The notes under the pieces: model-generated | Databases searched by the model: none | What the model was told of the DNA's origin: nothing | What the model saw: the letters and a program-made list of their open reading frames with translations, nothing else | Translations under genes and position numbers: made by a program | Shown here: one piece after another, positions 60,436-64,000 of the stretch | How the letters are laid out: every line of letters starts with the position of its first letter | How positions within the stretch are numbered: the first letter of the stretch is position 1 | Assembly: GCA_965204575.1 (NCBI GenBank) | Contig: OZ241993.1 | Location: forward strand, 64,001 to 128,000 | Length of the DNA: 64,000 nucleotides | Reading direction: 5' to 3' | From: an uncultured candidatus Porisulfidus sp. | Lineage (GTDB): Bacteria > Pseudomonadota > Gammaproteobacteria > Poriferisulfidales > Poriferisulfidaceae

Positions 60436-60759
60436 ATGGACGAGAACACGCGCATCCTTGAACAACTGATGGACGTACTCCGGCAGCGCCGGGACGCCGA
60501 TCCGGACCGTTCCTACGTCGCCTCGCTGTACCGCGACGGGATTCCCGCCATTACGGCCAAGATTGCCGAAGAAGCGGCCGAAACGGTGGAAGCGGCAGAG
60601 GACGATCCCGAGCACCTGGTGCACGAAGTCGCGGACCTGTGGTTCCACAGCCTGGTTCTTCTGGCACTGCGCGATCTCGATGCCCGCGACGTCCTTGAAG
60701 AGTTGCGGCGCCGATTCGGGACTTCGGGACTGGAAGAAAAAGCTAACCGAAAATCATGA
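60436..60759 (+). CDS. hisE: Phosphoribosyl-ATP pyrophosphatase
   Basis: SYVASL, KIAEEAAE, EVADLWFH, RRFGTSGLEEK. Confidence 0.95.
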   Translation: MDENTRILEQLMDVLRQRRDADPDRSYVASLYRDGIPAITAKIAEEAAETVEAAEDDPEHLVHEVADLWFHSLVLLALRDLDARDVLEELRRRFGTSGLEEKANRKS

Positions 60760-61691
60760 CGCCATCCGCACTGCGGAATCTGGCCGGCGGCCTCGCCGTC
60801 CTGGTTCTGGGATTGGCCGGCACGATGCCGCCAGCAACCGCATCCGCCGCCCAGGACGATATTCCCCGCATTGCCGTCGTGTCCGCCTACACGCCGGAAA
60901 TGGTAGTTCTGAAAGGCGAACTTGAGAACGCCGCCGTACACTCGCTGAACGGCGTTGATTTCTCTACCGGCCAGTTGCAAGGGCATGAAGTCGTACTGTT
61001 TCTGAGCGGCATCAGTATCGTCAATGCGGCGATGACCGTGCAACTCGCCTTGGATTACTTCAATATCAAGCAGATCGTGTTCTCCGGCATTGCCGGCGGG
61101 GTCGATCCGGAACTGAACCTCGGCGATGTCGTGATTGCCGACCGTTGGGGGCAATACCTGGAATCGCTTTACGCCCGAAAAACCGAGGATGGCTGGGACA
61201 AGCCGGGATTTTTCGAATACCCGTATTCGAACTTCGGCATGATGTTCCCGAGATCCGTCACCGTGCAGCGAGCCGGAGCCGACGCACCGGAGACCCGGTT
61301 CTGGTTCGAGGTCGATGAATCCCTGCTCGCTTACGCCCGCCAAGCGGTTGCAGACGTGTCACTCAAACACTGCACGGTGGAAAATACCTGCCTGGAGCAG
61401 GCGCCGAAAATCGTCATCGGCGGATCCGGGGTGTCGGGCGGTGCTTTCATCGACAACGCGGAATTTCGCGATTACACCTTCAAGACCTTCGACGCACGCG
61501 TCCTGGACATGGAAAGTGCGGCCGTCGCCCATGTCGCTTACGCGAACGATGTCCCGTTCATCGCCATCCGAAGCCTGTCCGACCTGGCGGGCGGCGGCAA
61601 AGGCAAGAACGAGGCAGACATCTTCTACGCCCTCGCGGCGGACAATGCGGCCGAAGTCGTCAAGGCGCTGCTGCGAGCCATCCCCGAATAG
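60756..61691 (+). CDS. Secreted MTA/SAH nucleosidase-family (PNP_UDP_1) protein
   Basis: Sec-type signal; SGISIVNAA, FSGIAGG, DMESAAVAHVA, IRSLSDLAG. Confidence 0.85.
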   Translation: MTPSALRNLAGGLAVLVLGLAGTMPPATASAAQDDIPRIAVVSAYTPEMVVLKGELENAAVHSLNGVDFSTGQLQGHEVVLFLSGISIVNAAMTVQLALDYFNIKQIVFSGIAGGVDPELNLGDVVIADRWGQYLESLYARKTEDGWDKPGFFEYPYSNFGMMFPRSVTVQRAGADAPETRFWFEVDESLLAYARQAVADVSLKHCTVENTCLEQAPKIVIGGSGVSGGAFIDNAEFRDYTFKTFDARVLDMESAAVAHVAYANDVPFIAIRSLSDLAGGGKGKNEADIFYALAADNAAEVVKALLRAIPE

Positions 61692-61799
61692 CCGAACGAT
61701 CGGCCGGACGCGTTTGTCCGGCGATTTCGACCGCGGAGCCTGCGATAATAGGCGTGAAGCGATCTGGGTCGCTGATTCCGTAATTCCGGGCCCTCGGCC

Positions 61800-62153
61800 A
61801 TGTTTGATTTTGGATTCTGGGAACTGATTCTGATCATGATCGTCGGCTTGGTCGTGATCGGGCCGAAGCGCCTGCCGAAGGTCGCTGCCCAAGTCGGCGG
61901 ATGGGTGGGACACATGCGCCACCTGGTCCACCAGTTCCGCCAAAGCGTCCAACAGGAGCTGCAGGCCGAAGAACTCAAGGAAATCCTGCACCAGCAGCAA
62001 AACGAGATTCAAGAACTGCGCGACATCGTCCAAGATCAGGTCGATCCCGATGCCCCCCTTGTCGAAGCCATAGAAAAGCAACTTGAAGAACGCCCGGACG
62101 CCGAACCGGACGCTCCCGCTGGCGAACCCACCCAAAAACGTGAACAGAGTTGA
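61800..62153 (+). CDS. tatB: TatB
   Basis: MFDFGFWEL...VVIGPKRLP. Confidence 0.95.
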   Translation: MFDFGFWELILIMIVGLVVIGPKRLPKVAAQVGGWVGHMRHLVHQFRQSVQQELQAEELKEILHQQQNEIQELRDIVQDQVDPDAPLVEAIEKQLEERPDAEPDAPAGEPTQKREQS

Positions 62154-62994
62154 CCCGGAACGCCCGTTCCTCAGTCACTTGGTCGAGTTACGCGACCGGC
62201 TGTTGCGTGTTCTTATCGTCGTCGGCATCGTCCTGGTCGCGCTTCTGCCGTTCGCCAATACGCTGTACACCTTACTGGCTACTCCCCTGTTGAACAGCCT
62301 TCCGGAAGGTCACTCGATGGTCGCCATCGACGTGGCTTCGCCTTTTCTGGCCCCGTTCAAGCTGACCCTGCTCCTGGCACTGACGATCACAGTGCCGTAT
62401 ACCCTGTACCAGGCTTGGTCTTTCGCTGCACCGGGTCTGTACGGGCACGAAAAACGCCTGGCCGGGCCGGTACTCCTGTCCAGCGTAGTCCTGTTCTATC
62501 TCGGCATGGTATTCGCCTACTTCGTGGTGTTTCCGCTGGTATTCGGGTTCTTCGTCAGTACGGCACCGGAAGGTGTGGCGGTCATGACCGACATCAACCG
62601 TTTTCTGGACTTCGTGGTGAAGATCTTCCTGGCTTTCGGAGTGGCATTCGAGGTTCCAATCGTCACGGTCGCCATGGTCTCTATGGGAGTTACGACGCCT
62701 GCCCGTCTGCGCGAAATCCGTCCTTACGTGATCGTGGCTGCGTTCATCGTCGGCATGCTGCTGACACCGCCGGATGTTATTTCCCAGACCCTGCTCGCCG
62801 TTCCGGTCTGGCTGCTGTACGAGATCGGCATTCTTTTCTCCAAGATGGTGACCCCGAAACAGGACGAGGCAGAGGAAACGAAAGAAACCCGGTTCCGCCC
62901 CATGAGCGAAGAGGAGATGGACGCCGAACTCGACGCGATGGAGTCCACAGAAACCCCGGAGCCGGCTTCTCCCGACAAGAAGACCGATGAGTGA
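62140..62994 (+). CDS. tatC: TatC
   Basis: HLVELRDRL, APGLY, FEVP, LTPPDVISQ. Confidence 0.96.
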   Translation: MNRVDPERPFLSHLVELRDRLLRVLIVVGIVLVALLPFANTLYTLLATPLLNSLPEGHSMVAIDVASPFLAPFKLTLLLALTITVPYTLYQAWSFAAPGLYGHEKRLAGPVLLSSVVLFYLGMVFAYFVVFPLVFGFFVSTAPEGVAVMTDINRFLDFVVKIFLAFGVAFEVPIVTVAMVSMGVTTPARLREIRPYVIVAAFIVGMLLTPPDVISQTLLAVPVWLLYEIGILFSKMVTPKQDEAEETKETRFRPMSEEEMDAELDAMESTETPEPASPDKKTDE

Positions 62995-63595
62995 GGGTCG
63001 GCTGTTCATCGTGACGGCGCCATCCGGGGCCGGAAAGACTTCCCTGCTCCGGGAACTCCTGGGCCGGGAGGAGCGCCTTGCGGTCAGCATCTCGCACACG
63101 ACGCGACCGATGCGCAAGGGCGAAGAAGACGGTGTGGACTATTACTTTGTTTCTCCTGAAGAATTTGAGCAAATTAATGGGCAGGACGGGTTTCTGGAAC
63201 GTGCGGAAGTGTTCGGCAACCTGTACGGTACTTCGCGTGCGGAGGTGAAACGATTGCAGAGCGAAGGGCTCGACGTAATCCTGGAGATTGACTGGCAGGG
63301 CGCACAACTGGTGCGACAGAAAATACCGGAAGTGGTCGGGATTTTCATCCTTCCACCTTCGCTTGCCGTGCTGGAAGCGCGTCTGCGAGACCGCGGCACG
63401 GACAATGACGATGTGATCTCGCAACGACTGGATCAAGCCCGATCAGACATTCTGCACTGTGAAGATTTCGAACATTGCGTAATCAACGACGACTTTGAAG
63501 AAGCGGTAAAGCAGTTGTGCTCCCTGATTCAGAATCCGGATCAGGCCGATGAAGACCCCCGACCCTGTTACGAACGGGTACTGGGAGCATCCTGA
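62987..63595 (+). CDS. gmk: Guanylate kinase
   Basis: APSGAGKTS, SHTTRPMR, YGTS, LEIDWQGA. Confidence 0.96.
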   Translation: MSEGRLFIVTAPSGAGKTSLLRELLGREERLAVSISHTTRPMRKGEEDGVDYYFVSPEEFEQINGQDGFLERAEVFGNLYGTSRAEVKRLQSEGLDVILEIDWQGAQLVRQKIPEVVGIFILPPSLAVLEARLRDRGTDNDDVISQRLDQARSDILHCEDFEHCVINDDFEEAVKQLCSLIQNPDQADEDPRPCYERVLGAS

Positions 63596-63651
63596 CCCCA
63601 AAACCACCTCACTCAAGACATTCCGGGTATGGGTCGGCCTGCTAAAGAAAA

Positions 63652-63999
63652 TTAGATCCGCATATCCAGAGTGATTTCGGAATACAGGGTGCGCGGCGCA
63701 ACTCTACCCTTCTGGCCCTTCTCCAGACGCACGAGACCGTACTGCTCCAAGGTATGCAGTGTTCTTGAAAGATTTGATTTGGCGCGTCCCGAGATTTCGG
63801 CAAGCTCGGCAAGTGATTCCGGTTGTTCCTCCGCAATCTCTTTCAAGAGCCTTCGGTTTCTATCAGACAAAATCTTGGCAAAACTCTCGATGGAAGTGAA
63901 CCACACTTTCGGTTCGCCACGTTTTGGTTTGTATTCACCGCGAGCAATAGCGAGGCTACGAGCCTTCATTTCCTCGTAACTGGCAATTCCTACTTTCAG
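63652..63999 (-). CDS. wHTH transcriptional regulator / putative antitoxin (start beyond window)
   Basis: ...LKVGIASYEEMKAR...WFTSIES...SLAELAEISGRAKSNLSRTL; frame open to the window edge. Confidence 0.7.
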   Translation of the reverse strand: MKVGIASYEEMKARSLAIARGEYKPKRGEPKVWFTSIESFAKILSDRNRRLLKEIAEEQPESLAELAEISGRAKSNLSRTLHTLEQYGLVRLEKGQKGRVAPRTLYSEITLDMRI

Positions 64000-64000
64000 A

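Overview
GC-rich gammaproteobacterial-type chromosomal segment from a probable sulfur oxidiser (soxXYZA). It carries housekeeping blocks (rpe, trpEGDC, bioA/bioD, rpoH, rsmD-coaD-ggt, mutM, ispG/ispH, thiSG-trmB, ppk2, hisBHAFE, tatA/tatBC, gmk) and three tRNAs, with small accessory inserts between them (fused Type IIG-like restriction-modification enzyme, several toxin-antitoxin modules, two XRE-ImmA/IrrE genes). Main finding: two diverged tnpB genes with intact RuvC catalytic residues and no tnpA sit in cassettes built like DDE-transposon ends, with terminal inverted repeats and 8-bp target-site duplications (1530-2841 and 41880-43337). In both, the putative omega-RNA TCAA end and guide lie inside the element rather than in host flank, which suggests non-autonomous TIR elements carrying a TnpB with a fixed guide. 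Also notable: two of three tandem STAS paralogs appear to start at ATT codons, and there is a candidate squalene/isoprenoid modification and export cluster (MMPL, MpaB/Lcp-like oxygenase, flavin oxidoreductase, LolA-like protein, beta-barrel, FPP synthase, squalene synthase, IspH). All calls come from reading motifs by eye; no database searches were run.
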